A DNA stretch of 64,000 nucleotides from Macrostomum lignano (taxonomy: Eukaryota). Of the stretch, positions 1 through 12,176 are shown one piece after another. The notes under the pieces were generated by a model. It had not been told where the DNA came from, did not search any database, and worked only from the letters and a program-made list of their open reading frames with translations. Location: positions 62,001 through 126,000 of the forward strand of contig NIVC01002897.1 of NCBI GenBank assembly GCA_002269645.1. Direction: 5' to 3'. The translations under genes were made by a program, and so were the position numbers. The stretch's first letter is position 1. Each line of letters begins with the position of its first letter.

Positions 1-104
1 TTTGGATATTCGCCCATTGATTGAAGCGGTATTGTCTCTGATTAAGTGCGTAAATCGGGTCTAACATTGTTTTCAAATAAATTTTAAATAAGAGTCAGTT
101 GCTT

Positions 105-471
105 ACTAAAATAGGTGTCAAAGGGGGTCATTAAAATAGGTGTCAGAGGGGGGGTCACTAAAATAGGTGTCATAACTAAAATAGGCCGGTGTCAGAAGGG
201 GGTCACTAGAATAGGTGTCAGGGGGTCACTAAAATAGGTGTCATAGGGGGTAACTAAAATAGGCCGGTGTCAGAAGGGGGTCACTAAAATAGAGGTCAGA
301 AGGGGGTCACTAAAATAGGTGTCAGGGGGTCACTAAAATAGGTTTCATAGGGGGTAACTAAAATAGGCCGGTGTCAGAAGGGGGTCACTAAAATAGGTGT
401 CAGGGGGTCACTAAAATAGGTGTCAGGGGGTCACTAAAATGGGTGTCAGAGGGGGTCACTTAAATAGGTGT
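105..471. repeat. Degenerate ~20-26 bp minisatellite (GGGGTCACTAAAATAGGTGTCA core)
   Basis: Core motif recurs about 15 times with small indels. Confidence 0.9.
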
Positions 472-1700
472 GGGGGACAATATACGAGTAATAGGTGTAA
501 AATGCACACCTAATAAATGCTTAGTGAAAAGCTCGAGAGCCTATATTGTTCTGTTCTATTGTAATGTAATTGCATTGCAACTTTAAGTGTGTTAATTCTA
601 GGTCTTTAGAGAGTTGAATATAAAGTTAATTATCTTTAATCGACATTCCAGTTTTATACAACAAATTAATAACTGTACTGTTTTTTCGCTTACAAATTTT
701 TTCAAAAGCTTTAAACACAATCATTTTTATCGAGTGAATAAATAATTTTATGAGTTTTATTAATTTAACGTCAATTATGTACTAATAATTAAGTGGCAGT
801 TTGTTAGATAAAATCGAATTACGTTTTATTTGACCCCAGAGAACGCACTTGCACATGGGTACTTTGTTTCGTGGTAAACAAAGAAGCGAAGAAACTAAAA
901 ACTAAAAATAAGAAAAATCCTATATACTAAAATAAGAAACTAAAAAAAACTAAGACAACGAATACACTGAAAAAATCTAAGAATACGAAACAACAAAAAA
1001 ACGAAAAAACTGACAAAAATTACGACACTAAAAACAAAGAAAATGAAAAAGCGAAGAAACGATAAAAAACAAAAAACAAAGAAAAATAAGAAACTAAAAA
1101 TACGAAAAAAACGAAGAAACAAAGAAGAAAGAAGTAATTTCGCTGTAATATAACAAACTATCACTATTGTTTTCTAAGAAACGAGCGGGGTTTTCCGGCT
1201 TTGGTGACGCCGTTGTTGCGGAATCGAACCAACGACTTAATTAGTGTCACAAGACATCGGAAAGCGTTTTCGCTGAGCTAATCGTACCTGTTTTTTACCA
1301 GAAATGTCCAATAACAATTGCACATTGTAATTATGAATTGTACTAATGTGAAGCAACTACCGCGCGTCTTTAGACAAGAGAATTTTAAATGCAGCAATGT
1401 GTTTTTACAAGCTTTCAACCTAAGCCTTCAAGGGTTTCGTTTTTCTACAGGTATATAATTTACAAGCACAACATAATTTTTCGCGTAAAGATCCTTTCTT
1501 ACCTACCTACCTACTTAGGGTATCTTGCGTTCTTCCGCCTCTCATGCTGACTGCTGATTAATGTTCAGCCTAAATTGCACAATGCATATCTGTATGGGCA
1601 GTATGGCATGACTAAGGGAGGACTTTAAAACTGTTTGCAAACTGTAATTGCTATGTGCAGCCTTAGATATACTCAAGTAGATCATTTTAAGCGGCTGCTG

Positions 1701-2112
1701 TCATTACAGTTTTGGCGCATTCACTACCGTCTTAGCGCCTTTATTACTGTTTTGGCGTTTTCATTACAGTTCCAGCGCCTTCATTACAGTTTTAGAGCCT
1801 TCATTACAGTTTTAGCGCCTTCATTACAGTTTTAGCGCCTTTATTACAGTTTTAGTGCCTTTATTACAGTTTTAGCGCCTTTATTACAGTTTTAGCGCCT
1901 TTATTACAGTTTTAGCGCCTTTGTTACAGTTTTAGCGCCTTTATTACAGTTTTAGCGCCTCTATTACAGTTTTAGCGCCTTTATTACAGTTTTAGCACCT
2001 TTATTACAGTTTTAGCACCTTTATTACAGTTTTAGCGCCTTTATTACAGTTTTAGCGCCTCTATTACAGTTTTAGCGCCTTTATTACAGTTTTAGCGCCT
2101 TCATTACAGTTT
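1701..2112. repeat. 20-bp minisatellite (TTATTACAGTTTTAGCGCCT)
   Basis: Exact 20-bp periodicity is visible line to line; the 5' copies are more diverged. Confidence 0.95.
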
Positions 2113-2689
2113 GAATGAAAATAAGATGAAAATCATATTGTAGGTATTTTTAATATCTAATTCTAAAATAGTTTTTACGAGCGTACAATACATTATTTCA
2201 CTTATCAGCAGTCCCAGTAGACCGTGATGCTTTTGGCAAACCGAAGCCTCTCTACTACTAAGTCAATTGCTAAGTTGATGCACCTGTGCCTTGTTTTTAC
2301 AAGGTCGAGTATGCAAGATTGATAGATTAGGTGCAAATAGGAAGGCCAGACAAATATTGTACAGATTTAATAGCTAGCTAAAGCTGTTGTTAATCCAATA
2401 GGAGAAATGAAAGTAAGAGGTGAGAGAATTAAATGAATGCCAAAAGCTGCAAAATGGCAGTGCAGATAGAGTTTTGTTCAGCCCTCCAATGCTTGTTTTC
2501 CTTTGCATTCCCCTTCCATTTCTAGAGGGAAGCTGTTTGGGAAATCAAAAGACTTGATGTAAAATGCTTTCAATATCTTCAAGCCTTAATTAAGAGGGGG
2601 TGAAGAAAAGGCGGCTAAGTGAGGAACTGGGAGTTGGGAAGGGAGCAATGAGTGGCAATAAGCGAGAGGGAATATGCGGAGCGGAGATG

Positions 2690-3752
2690 GGGAAGGCTAA
2701 AGGCGAGAGGAGAGAAAAGGGCGAGAGGAGAGAGACTAGGGCGAGAGGACAGAGACAAGGGCGAGAGGACAGAGACAAGGGCGAGAGGAGAGAGACAACG
2801 GCGAGAGAGGAGAGAAAAGGGCGAGAGGAGAGAGACTAGGGCGAGAGGAGAGAGACAACGGCGAGAGAGGAGAGACAAGGGCGAGAGGAGAGAGACAAAG
2901 GCAAGAGGAGAGAAAAGGGCGAGAGGAGAGAGACTAGGGCGAGAGGACAGAGACAAGGGCGAGAGGAGAGAGACAAGGGCGAGAGGAGAGAGACAAGGGC
3001 GAGAGGAGAGAGACAAGGGCGAGAGGTGAGAGACAAGGGCGAGAGGAGAAAGACAAGGGCGAAAGAGACAAGGGCGAGAGGAGAGAGACAAGGGCGAGAG
3101 GAGAGAGACAAGGGCGAGAGGAGAGAGACAAGGGCGAGAGGAGAAAGACAAGGGCGAAAGAGACAAGGGCGAGAGGAGAGAGACAAGGGCGAGAGGAGAA
3201 AGACAAGGGCGAAAGAGACAAGGGCGAGAGGAGAGAGACAAGGGCGAGAGGAGAAAGACAAGGGCGAAAGAGACAAGGGCGAGAGGAGAGAGACAAGGGC
3301 GAGAGGAGAGAGAGAAGAGCGAGAGGAGAGAGACAAGGGCGAGAGGAGAAAGACAAGGGCGAAAGAGACAAGGGCGAGAGGAGAGAGACAAGGGCGAGAG
3401 GAGAGAGACAAGGGCGAGAGAGACAAGGGCGAAAGAGACAAGGGTGAGAGGAGAAAGACAAGGGCGAAAGAGACAAGGGCGAGAGACAAGGGCGAGAGAG
3501 ATAAGGGCGAGAGAGACAAGGGCGAGAGGTGAGAGACAAGAGCGAGAGGTGAGAGACAAGAGCGAGAGGTGAGAGACAAGGGCGAGAGGAGAGATACAAG
3601 GGCGAGAGGAGAGAGACAAGGGCGAGAGGAGAGAGAAAAGGGCGAGAGGAGAGAGACTAGGGCGAAAGGAGAGGCACAACGGCGAGAGGGACCAGGGAGA
3701 GGAGAGAGACTAGGGCGAGAGGAGAGGCATAAAGGCGAGAGACAAGGGCGAA
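2690..3752. repeat. Purine-rich ~20-bp minisatellite (GGCGAGAGGAGAGAGACAAG)
   Basis: Near-pure A/G tandem array; it explains the R/E/G-rich and S/L/P-rich spurious ORFs. Confidence 0.95.
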
Positions 3753-4295
3753 AGGAACATGAAAGTGACGCAATCACTGAGATAGCGAGAGTTAGTAACC
3801 GTACCAGATACTAAAGAAAGACAATAAAACGAAGGGTAGAAGCGGACAGCGATTAAAACAAAAAAATCCTTTTTTACTGCACCGACAGGCCGGGTCTACA
3901 ATAAAACGTGGCCTGTTGGCAGTAATAGTACAATTTCAAGATCGATGGCAAGCATATGATTTATACACAAGTAGATAGTTACAGAGGAGACGCAACACAT
4001 CAGATTAGAAATATGTCAATGGTATGAGTGCTGGGCAGGCGCTATTTGCTAGCAGCTGCTACAGGCTGACTGATGTCAACCACAGTTAGACATGCAGGAT
4101 GCGGTACCTCCCGACCCCCAATTCGCTTTTTTATAGAGACCATGAAAGCAGTGGTTTGGAATTGGGCTTTAAATTGTGCGAATCATGGATGCCTAAAATC
4201 TAGATGTCTGGATTGAAAATTTCTTGAGGAGCGTTTGTTGAAAAGTGGAAGCAAGCAAGCAAAAAGTACCGTCCGCTTGCTTTGAAAGCAGTATG

Positions 4296-4733
4296 CTCTG
4301 AGCTACTCTGAGCTACTCTGAGCTACTCTGAGCTACTCTGAGCTACTCTCTGAGCTACTCTGAGCTACTCTGAGCTACTCTGGGCTACTCTGAGCTACTC
4401 TGAGCTACTCTGGGCTACTCTGAGCTACTCTGAGCTACTCTGAGCTACTCTGAGCTACTCTGAGCTACTCTGAGCTACTCTGAGCTACTCTGAGCTACTC
4501 TGAGCTACTCTGGGCTACTCTGAGCTACTCTGAGCTACTCTGGGCTACTCTGAGCTACTCTGGGCTACTCTGGGCTACTCTGAGCTACTCTGAGCTACTC
4601 TGAGCTACTCTGAGCTACTCTGAGCTACTCTGAGCTACTCTGAGCTACTCTGAGCTACTCTGGGCTACTCTGAGCTACTCTGAGCTACTCTGGGCTACTC
4701 TGAGCTACTCTGGGCTACTCTGGGCTACTCTGA
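4296..4733. repeat. 10-bp tandem array (TGAGCTACTC, variant TGGGCTACTC)
   Basis: 10-bp periodicity; copied at 5522..5959 inside the duplication. Confidence 0.95.
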
Positions 4734-5521
4734 ACTGAATTGTAGAATAAAAACACACAAAAGTATTAGTTTTCCCAGATTCAATTGCTAGCAGTCTTTG
4801 GCAAAGTCATCCCTTTTGATTGGAAGTTCAGGCGCCAGACTGAAAAAATCAGGGGCATGGGGAACGCAGCGAAGCCGCGTGGCCTTGCTGTCCTCCTTGT
4901 GCCTTTCCGAACTTGTTTAAATTAACATAGTATTTTCGATTTTTTATAGAGATCTCGTTTGGAATTTCTCTGGCTTTGCGTGACGTGAATGCAGAATATA
5001 CGCTGCAGAATTTACAGTTTCTTCATGTGTCTTAAAGTTAGAGAAAAAATGATGTGGGATTTTCTAAGTTTGTATTTTAATACTGCCAGCTTCTTTGTAT
5101 TCTAACAAGGAGCGCTGGCGGCCCTGGTGCTGGCGCCCCTGGTGCTGGCGCCCCTGGTGCTGGCGCCCCTGGTGCTGGCGCCCCTGGTGCTGGCGCCCCT
5201 GGTGCTGGCGCCCCTGGTGCCAGCATCAGATTAGAAATATGTCAATGGTATGAGTGCTGGGCAGGCGCTATTTGCTAGCAGCTGCTACAGGCTGACTGAT
5301 GTCAACCACAGTTAGACATGCAGGATGCGGTACCTCCCGACCCCCAATTCGCTTTTTTATAGAGACCATGAAAGCAGTGGTTTGGAATTGGGCTTTAAAT
5401 TGTGCGAATCATGGATGCCTAAAATCTAGATGTCTGGATTGAAAATTTCTTGAGGAGCGTTTGTTGAAAAGTGGAAGCAAGCAAGCAAAAAGTACCGTCC
5501 GCTTGCTTTGAAAGCAGTATG

Positions 5522-5959
5522 CTCTGAGCTACTCTGAGCTACTCTGAGCTACTCTGAGCTACTCTGAGCTACTCTCTGAGCTACTCTGAGCTACTCTGAG
5601 CTACTCTGGGCTACTCTGAGCTACTCTGAGCTACTCTGGGCTACTCTGAGCTACTCTGAGCTACTCTGAGCTACTCTGAGCTACTCTGAGCTACTCTGAG
5701 CTACTCTGAGCTACTCTGAGCTACTCTGAGCTACTCTGGGCTACTCTGAGCTACTCTGAGCTACTCTGGGCTACTCTGAGCTACTCTGGGCTACTCTGGG
5801 CTACTCTGAGCTACTCTGAGCTACTCTGAGCTACTCTGAGCTACTCTGAGCTACTCTGAGCTACTCTGAGCTACTCTGAGCTACTCTGGGCTACTCTGAG
5901 CTACTCTGAGCTACTCTGGGCTACTCTGAGCTACTCTGGGCTACTCTGGGCTACTCTGA
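5522..5959. repeat. 10-bp tandem array (second copy, within duplication)
   Basis: Matches 4296..4733. Confidence 0.95.
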
Positions 5960-6340
5960 ACTGAATTGTAGAATAAAAACACACAAAAGTATTAGTTTTC
6001 CCAGATTCAATTGCTAGCAGTCTTTGGCAAAGTCATCCCTTTTGATTGGAAGTTCAGGCGCCAGACTGAAAAAATCAGGGGCATGGGGAACGCAGCGAAG
6101 CCGCGTGGCCTTGCTGTCCTCCTTGTGCCTTTCCGAACTTGTTTAAATTAACATAGTATTTTCGATTTTTTATAGAGATCTCGTTTGGAATTTCTCTGGC
6201 TTTGCGTGACGTGAATGCAGAATATACGCTGCAGAATTTACAGTTTCTTCATGTGTCTTAAAGTTAGAGAAAAAATGATGTGGGATTTTCTAAGTTTGTA
6301 TTTTAATACTGCCAGCTTCTTTGTATTCTAACAAGGAGCG

Positions 6341-6514
6341 CTGGCGGCCCTGGTGCTGGCGCCCCTGGTGCTGGCGCCCCTGGTGCTGGCGCCCCTGGTG
6401 CTGGCGCCCCTGGTGCTGGCGCCCCTGGTGCTGGCGCCCCTGGTGCTGGCGCCCCTGGTGCTGGCGCCCCTGGTGCTGGCGCCCCTGGTGCTGGCGCCCC
6501 TGGTGCTGGCGCCC
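6341..6514. repeat. 15-bp tandem array (GGTGCTGGCGCCCCT); truncated copy at 5115..5220
   Basis: 15-bp periodicity; source of the WCWRP and GRQHQ ORFs. Confidence 0.95.
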
Positions 6515-6873
6515 TTTTGAATAAATGACACCCCTTAGATGAAATAGCGCCCTCTCGAATGCAGTGGGTAGAATTTCTCTAAAACTTTGGCGACAAAACC
6601 AGTCATACTGACAGATCATATGCAGTATGGTACTGATTTGCAAACCAGACCAATGGCTAAAATCTTGACCGAATGCTTGACTTAGCAATAATCGCTCCTT
6701 AAGAACCCCAGCTGTCGCGCTTCTCAAGAGGTGTCACTTTTATAAATCCTTTCTTTTGTTCTCAACCGACTGGCATTTGATAGGTTTTGGTTGACGTCTT
6801 TTGGATTTGACTGCAGCTTTGATTCCAGCAAAGCATGCGAAGTTCTTTGGAATTTCGTGCAGCTTAGGTTGAA

Positions 6874-7593
6874 TCTGAGCTACTCTGAGCTACTCTCTGA
6901 GCTACTCTCTTAGCTACTCTCTGAGCTACTCTCTGAGCTACTCTCTGAGCTACTCTCTGAGCTACTCTCTGAGCTACTCTCTGAGCTACTCTCTGAGCTA
7001 CTCTCTGAGCTACTCTCTGAGCTACTCTCTGAGCTACTCTCTGAGCTACTCTCTGAGCTACTCTCTGAGCTACTCTCTGAGCTACTCTCTGAGCTACTCT
7101 CTGAGCTACTCTCTGAGCTACTCTCTGAGCTACTCTCTGAGCTACTCTCTGATCTACTCTCTGAGCTACTCTCTGAGCTACTCTCTGATCTACTCTCTGA
7201 GCTACTCTCTGAGCTACTCTCTGAGCTACTCTCTGAGCTACTCTCTGAGCTACTCTCTGAGCTACTCTCTGAGCTACTCTCTGAGCTACTCTCTGAGCTA
7301 CTCTCTGAGCTACTCTCTGAGCTACTCTCTGAGCTACTCTCTGAGCTACTCTCTGAGCTACTCTCTGAGCTACTCTCTGAGCTACTCTCTGAGCTACTCT
7401 CTGAGCTACTCTCTGATCTACTCTCTGAGCTACTCTCTGAGCTACTCTCTGAGCTACTCTCTGAGCTACTCTCTGAGCTACTCTCTGAGCTACTCTCTGA
7501 GCTACTCTCTGAGCTACTCTCTGAGCTACTCTCTGAGCTACTCTCTGAGCTACTCTGAGCTACTCTGAGCTACTCTGAGCTATCCTGAGCTAT
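6874..7593. repeat. 12-bp tandem array (TGAGCTACTCTC) with 10-bp units at both ends
   Basis: The unit is the 10-mer of 4296..4733 plus an extra TC. Confidence 0.95.
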
Positions 7594-9149
7594 TCAAGGC
7601 TCTGTCTTTTTCGCCCTATTTAATGCTTGATTTTGGTGTATTTTTGTCCAAAAAGATTTATCGTAAGTGCCAACTATATACAGTTTATCGTATCTATTTA
7701 TCCATCTAGACCTCCAGCACGTAGCTATTGCTATATATATCGTATATCCGAGTCCAGCTATATATGGAAAGTGGATTTATCAGATTAGCAGGGATCATTA
7801 GCCAGTTAACGAGATGAGAACTAATATCTTAGTGACTTGAAGTCGCACACCACATATAAGTCTGCTCATAGCTAATCAAATGGATTGTGCAACTCTCTCG
7901 AAAGTTCATCTGCAGGTTCGAACTTACTGGCTTTAGATTTTATGTGAATTTTTTTGCTTCTATGGTGAATTTGGTGTCTGACTCTTAACGACCAGTGGCC
8001 GCTGGTGGGTTGTCGTGGGAGTCACAGCCATCAGGGCTTCAGAATAATCTTCATATAAATTTTATATTTTGCACCTCTTGTTGGTTTTAACTACGAACTC
8101 GAAAATGTTGAGGTTTTGCTGCCTTTGCCATTATTTCTGCCCGTAGCAACGCAGCAGAAGAAGACTTTGCCTATCTGTTGTATATAACAGCCCAAGATGC
8201 AATCGCTACTCCATCAAGGCTGCAAAATCGCCAATCTTGATTCGACATCGAAGGGGTGGGGGTCGGGCCTGATGGGACAAAACAAACAATAATTCTTCCT
8301 ACCCAAATCTTCTCCACTATACGTGCAGCAGAGTGCAGTCACTGGCTGTGGAATCTTCCAATGCAGACCTGACATCCGTGACGTTGCGATGTTCAGCTGA
8401 CAGCATAGCGTTCCCCTCCACCCAGGGGTCTTACAATCCTAGACATCCCATATTTACATTTTCTTCCTTCGACATGCATTATATTGAATAGAATTGACTT
8501 TTGTGTAAATATAAATCAATTAATCCTGGCAAAGAAACTAATATTTCGCACTAATTTCTTGCCATTTTTACGGCTGACTGCTATCTTCGGTAAGTTGCTG
8601 AGAGCCTCGAGACTTTAGAGTTGAAGTACAAGGTTACTGGTTAAACCCTTTTTGTTTGGTGTACAAATATTTTTTGACACTAAACCAACGCTCTTACCTC
8701 TCGAAGTGCGTAATGCTGATGACGAACTAATTGAGATCCAGACTTGTGATCGATTCAATACCCATGAGAACGAACACGGATGCGCGGGGCTCTGTGCACC
8801 CTGGCGCACTTTAAGCGACATTGTCACACAACCGGCGAGAGGCATTGCTGCCCATTCCGCCGGCTCCCCTGAGTAGGCACACACCACACAGGAGTGTACA
8901 GCGGCCCTAACTTTATTTATCGTTAGGCATGTACACTTCACTGCGCCTTGGGGGGGGGGGGGCTGGCCCGCATGATTCCAATTCCAAATTTTTAGCCCCC
9001 AGACTAGCAATCTTCGCCCCCCGATGGGGGACATCTGGATAGAATCTCTGTTCTCTACAAGTAACAAAAAAACAGCCAAAAATCCTTCAAAAAGACAACA
9101 GACAAACTGCTCAAATGAAGTGCATTGCAAAAAGAAATCATCCCAAGAC

Positions 9150-9505
9150 CGCAAGCATCCCCCAGATAGCAAGCGTCCCCCAGATAGCAAGCATCCCCCA
9201 GATAGCAAGCATCCCCCGGATAGCAAGCATCCCCAGATAGCAAGCATCCCCCAGATAGCAAGCATCCCCCAGATAGCAAGCATCCCTCAGATAGCAAGCA
9301 TCCCCAAGATAGCAAGCATCCCCCAGATAGCAAGCATCCCTCAGATAGCAAGCATCCCCCAGATTGCAAGCATCCCCCAGATAGCAAGCATCCCCGGATA
9401 GCAAGCATCCCCAGATAGCAAGCGTCCCCAGATAGAAGCATCCCCAAGATAGCAAGCATCCCCAAGATAGATAGCATCCCCAAATAGTAAGCATCCACCA
9501 GACAA
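9150..9505. repeat. 17-19 bp array (CCCCCAGATAGCAAGCAT) in the 3' part of Helitron copy 1
   Basis: Tandem array; a related array lies at 12880..13320, and both are followed by AAGTAGCTAGTGC. Confidence 0.9.
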
Positions 9506-9599
9506 TAAGTAGCTAGTGCGACAATTTCCTTAGCATTATAGCGGCTCCTTTAAAATTCGCTTACTTTTACGTTTGAAATTGTGTATCTTTTATGTTTAA

Positions 9600-12055
9600 C
9601 AGGGTGGCTCTTTTTTGTTATACATTGTGGCTCTTTTTTGTTCTACGCTCGTACATGGTAACTCTTTTATGTTTGATACGGTGGCTTTTCAATGTCTGAC
9701 ATGGTGGCTCTTCTATGTTTGACATGGGGGCTCTTCTATGTTTGACATGGGGGCTCTTCTATGTTTGACAAAGTGGCTTTTTAATGTTTGACATGGTGGC
9801 TCTATTATGTTTGACATGGTGGCTCTATTATGTTTGACATGGTGGCTCTATTATGTTTGACATGGTGGCTCTATTATGTTTGACATGGTGGCTCTTTAAT
9901 GTTCAAAAAGGTGGCTCTTTACTTTTTGACATGGTGGCTCTTTAATGTTGGACATGGTGGCTTTTTAATGTTAGACATGGTGGCTCTTTAATGTTTGACA
10001 TGGTAGCTCTTTTATGTTCGACATGGTGGCTCTTTTATGTTCGGCATGGTGTCGCTTCAATGTTTGACATGGAGTTACGTATATGTTTTACATGGTGGCT
10101 CGTTAATGTTTTACATGGTGGAACTTTCATGTTTGACCTGGTGGCTCTTTAATATTGAACATGGTGGCTCTTTTATGTTTGACATGGTGGCTCTTTTATC
10201 TTTGACATGGTGGCTCTGTAATGTTCGACATGGAGTCATGTATATGTTTGACATGGTGGCTCTTAAATGTTCGACATGGTGGCTCCTTAATGTTTGACAT
10301 AGTGTCTCTTTAATGTTTGACATGGAGTCATGTATATGTTTGACATGGTGGCTCTTTAATGTTAGACATGGTGGCTCTTTTTTGTTTTGCATGGTGGCTC
10401 TTTTATGTTCGACATGGTGTCTCTTCAATGTTTGACATGGAGTCATGTATATGTTTGACATGGATGCTCTTGTATTTTTAACATGTTGACTCTTTAATGT
10501 TCGAAATGGTAGCTCTTAATTGTCTAACATGGAGTCACGTTATATGTTTGACATGGAGTCATGCATATGCCTGATATGGTAGCTCTTTAATGTTTTACAT
10601 GGAATCACGTATATGTTTCACATGTTGGCTATTTTATGTTTGACATGGTGGTTCTTAAATGTTCGACATGGTGGCTCTTTAATGTTTTACATGGTGGCAC
10701 TTTCATGTTTGACCTGGTGGCTCTTTAATGTTTGACATGGTGGCTCTTTAATATTTGACATGGTGGCCCTTTTATGTTCGACATGGTGGCTCTTCAATGT
10801 TTGACATGGAGTCATGTATATGTTTGACATGGTAGCTCTTGAATGTTCAACATGGAGTCATGTATATGTTTGACATGGTAGCTCTTGAATGTTCAACATG
10901 GAGTCATGTATATGTTTGACATGGTGGCTCTTTAATGTTTGACATAGTGTCTCTTTAATGTTTGACATGGAGTCATGTATATGTTTAACATGGTGGCTCT
11001 TCAATGTTTGACATGGAGTCATGTATATGTTTGCCATGGTGGCTCTTTAATGTTAGACATGGTGGCTCTTTTATGTTTTGCATGGTGGCTCTTTTATGTT
11101 CGACATGGTGTCTCTTCAATGTTTGACATGGAGTCATGTATATGTTTGACATGGTGGCTCTTGTATTTTTAACATGTTGGCTCTTTAATGTTCGACATGG
11201 TGGCTCTTTAATGTCTAACATGGAGTCACGTATATGTTTGACATGGAGTCATGTATATGTCTGAAATGGTAGCTCTTTAATGTTTTACATGGAGTCACGT
11301 ATATGTTTCACATGGTGGCTATTTTATGTTTGACATGGTGGTTCTTAAATGTTCGACATGGTGGCTCTTTAATGTGTTAAATGGTGGCACTTTCATGTTT
11401 GACCTGGTGGCTCTTTAATGTTTGACATAGTGTCTCTTTAATGTTTGACATGGAGTCATGTATATGTTTGACATGGTAGCTCTTGAATGTTCGACATAGA
11501 GTCATGTATATTTTTGCCATGGTGGCTCTTTAATGTTAGACATGGTGGCACTTTCATGTTTGACCTGGTGGCTCTTTAATGTTTGACATGGTGGCTCTTT
11601 AATATTTGACATGGTGGCCCTTTAATATTTGACATGGTGGCCCTTTAATGTTCGACATGGTGGCTCTTCAATGTTCGACATGGAGTCATGTATATGTTTG
11701 ACCTGGTTGCTCTTTAATGTTTGACATGGTGGCTCTTTAATGTTCGACATGGTGGCTCTTTTAGGTTTGAAATGGTGGCTCTTTAATGTTTGACATGGTG
11801 GCTTTTTAATGTTCGACATGGTGGCTCTTTTATGTTCGACATGGCGTCATGTATATGTTTGACATGGTGGCTCTTTAATGTTCGACATGGTGGCTCTTCA
11901 ATGTTCGACATGGAGTCATGTATATGTTTGACCTGGTTGCTCTTTATTGTTTGACATGGTGGCTCTTTAATGTTCGACATGGTGGCTCTTTTAGGTTTGA
12001 AATGGTGGCTCTTTAATGTTTGACATGGTGGCTCTTTAATGTTTGACATTGTGCT
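9600..12055. repeat. 23-bp satellite (TTTAATGTTTGACATGGTGGCTC; variant GACATGGAGTCATGTATATGTTT) inside Helitron copy 1
   Basis: GACATGG at 9790 and 9813 gives a 23-bp period; the array is about 2.45 kb. Confidence 0.95.
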
Positions 12056-12113
12056 TTTTTGTGTTTAGCATTTTGTGTTTTTAAGGTTTTTGAATAAAAA
12101 AATCTTTTTGCAC

Positions 12114-12176
12114 TACTAAGATTCGAACCCAGGTCGCAGCATTAGCAGTCCAGTCTGTTCGCATCTATGCTATCTC
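12114..12176 (-). pseudogene. tRNA-derived module (A-box/B-box, CTGCTAA anticodon-loop-like) inside Helitron copy 1
   Basis: Minus strand reads TAGCATAGATGCG...GGACTGCTAAT...CTGGGTTCGAATC, followed by a T7 run. The cloverleaf stems are incomplete. Confidence 0.55.

Larger units (their letters stand above)
3998..6449. repeat. Direct tandem duplication of 1226 bp (3998..5223 and 5224..6449)
   Basis: CATCAGATTAGAAATATG occurs at 3998 and 5224, and TGAACTGAAT at 4731 and 5957, both at offset 1226. The variant pattern of the internal microsatellite appears identical. Confidence 0.95.

Noticed and set aside
2590-3814. R/E/G-rich and S/L/P-rich ORFs, and similar ORFs at 20097-21250, 29745-30770, 31399-32136, 33553-34912, 35838-37034, 43310-44103, 48924-50739, 51266-53646 and 55233-55864
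   Set aside because: All are translations of tandem arrays with no domain content.
4855-4900. CGCAGCGAAGCCGCG hairpin resembling a Helitron 3' end
   Set aside because: No terminal CTRR follows at the expected distance.
8625-8876. Short unique ORF (LPLEVRNADDELIEIQTCDRF...)
   Set aside because: No recognisable motif, ATG or convincing splice sites. It could be a TE fragment, and a BLASTX search would be needed.
12114-12176. Functional tRNA-Ser(GCT) gene (also 15648..15710 and the SINE heads)
   Set aside because: Anticodon and acceptor stems do not pair, so these are reported only as tRNA-derived modules.
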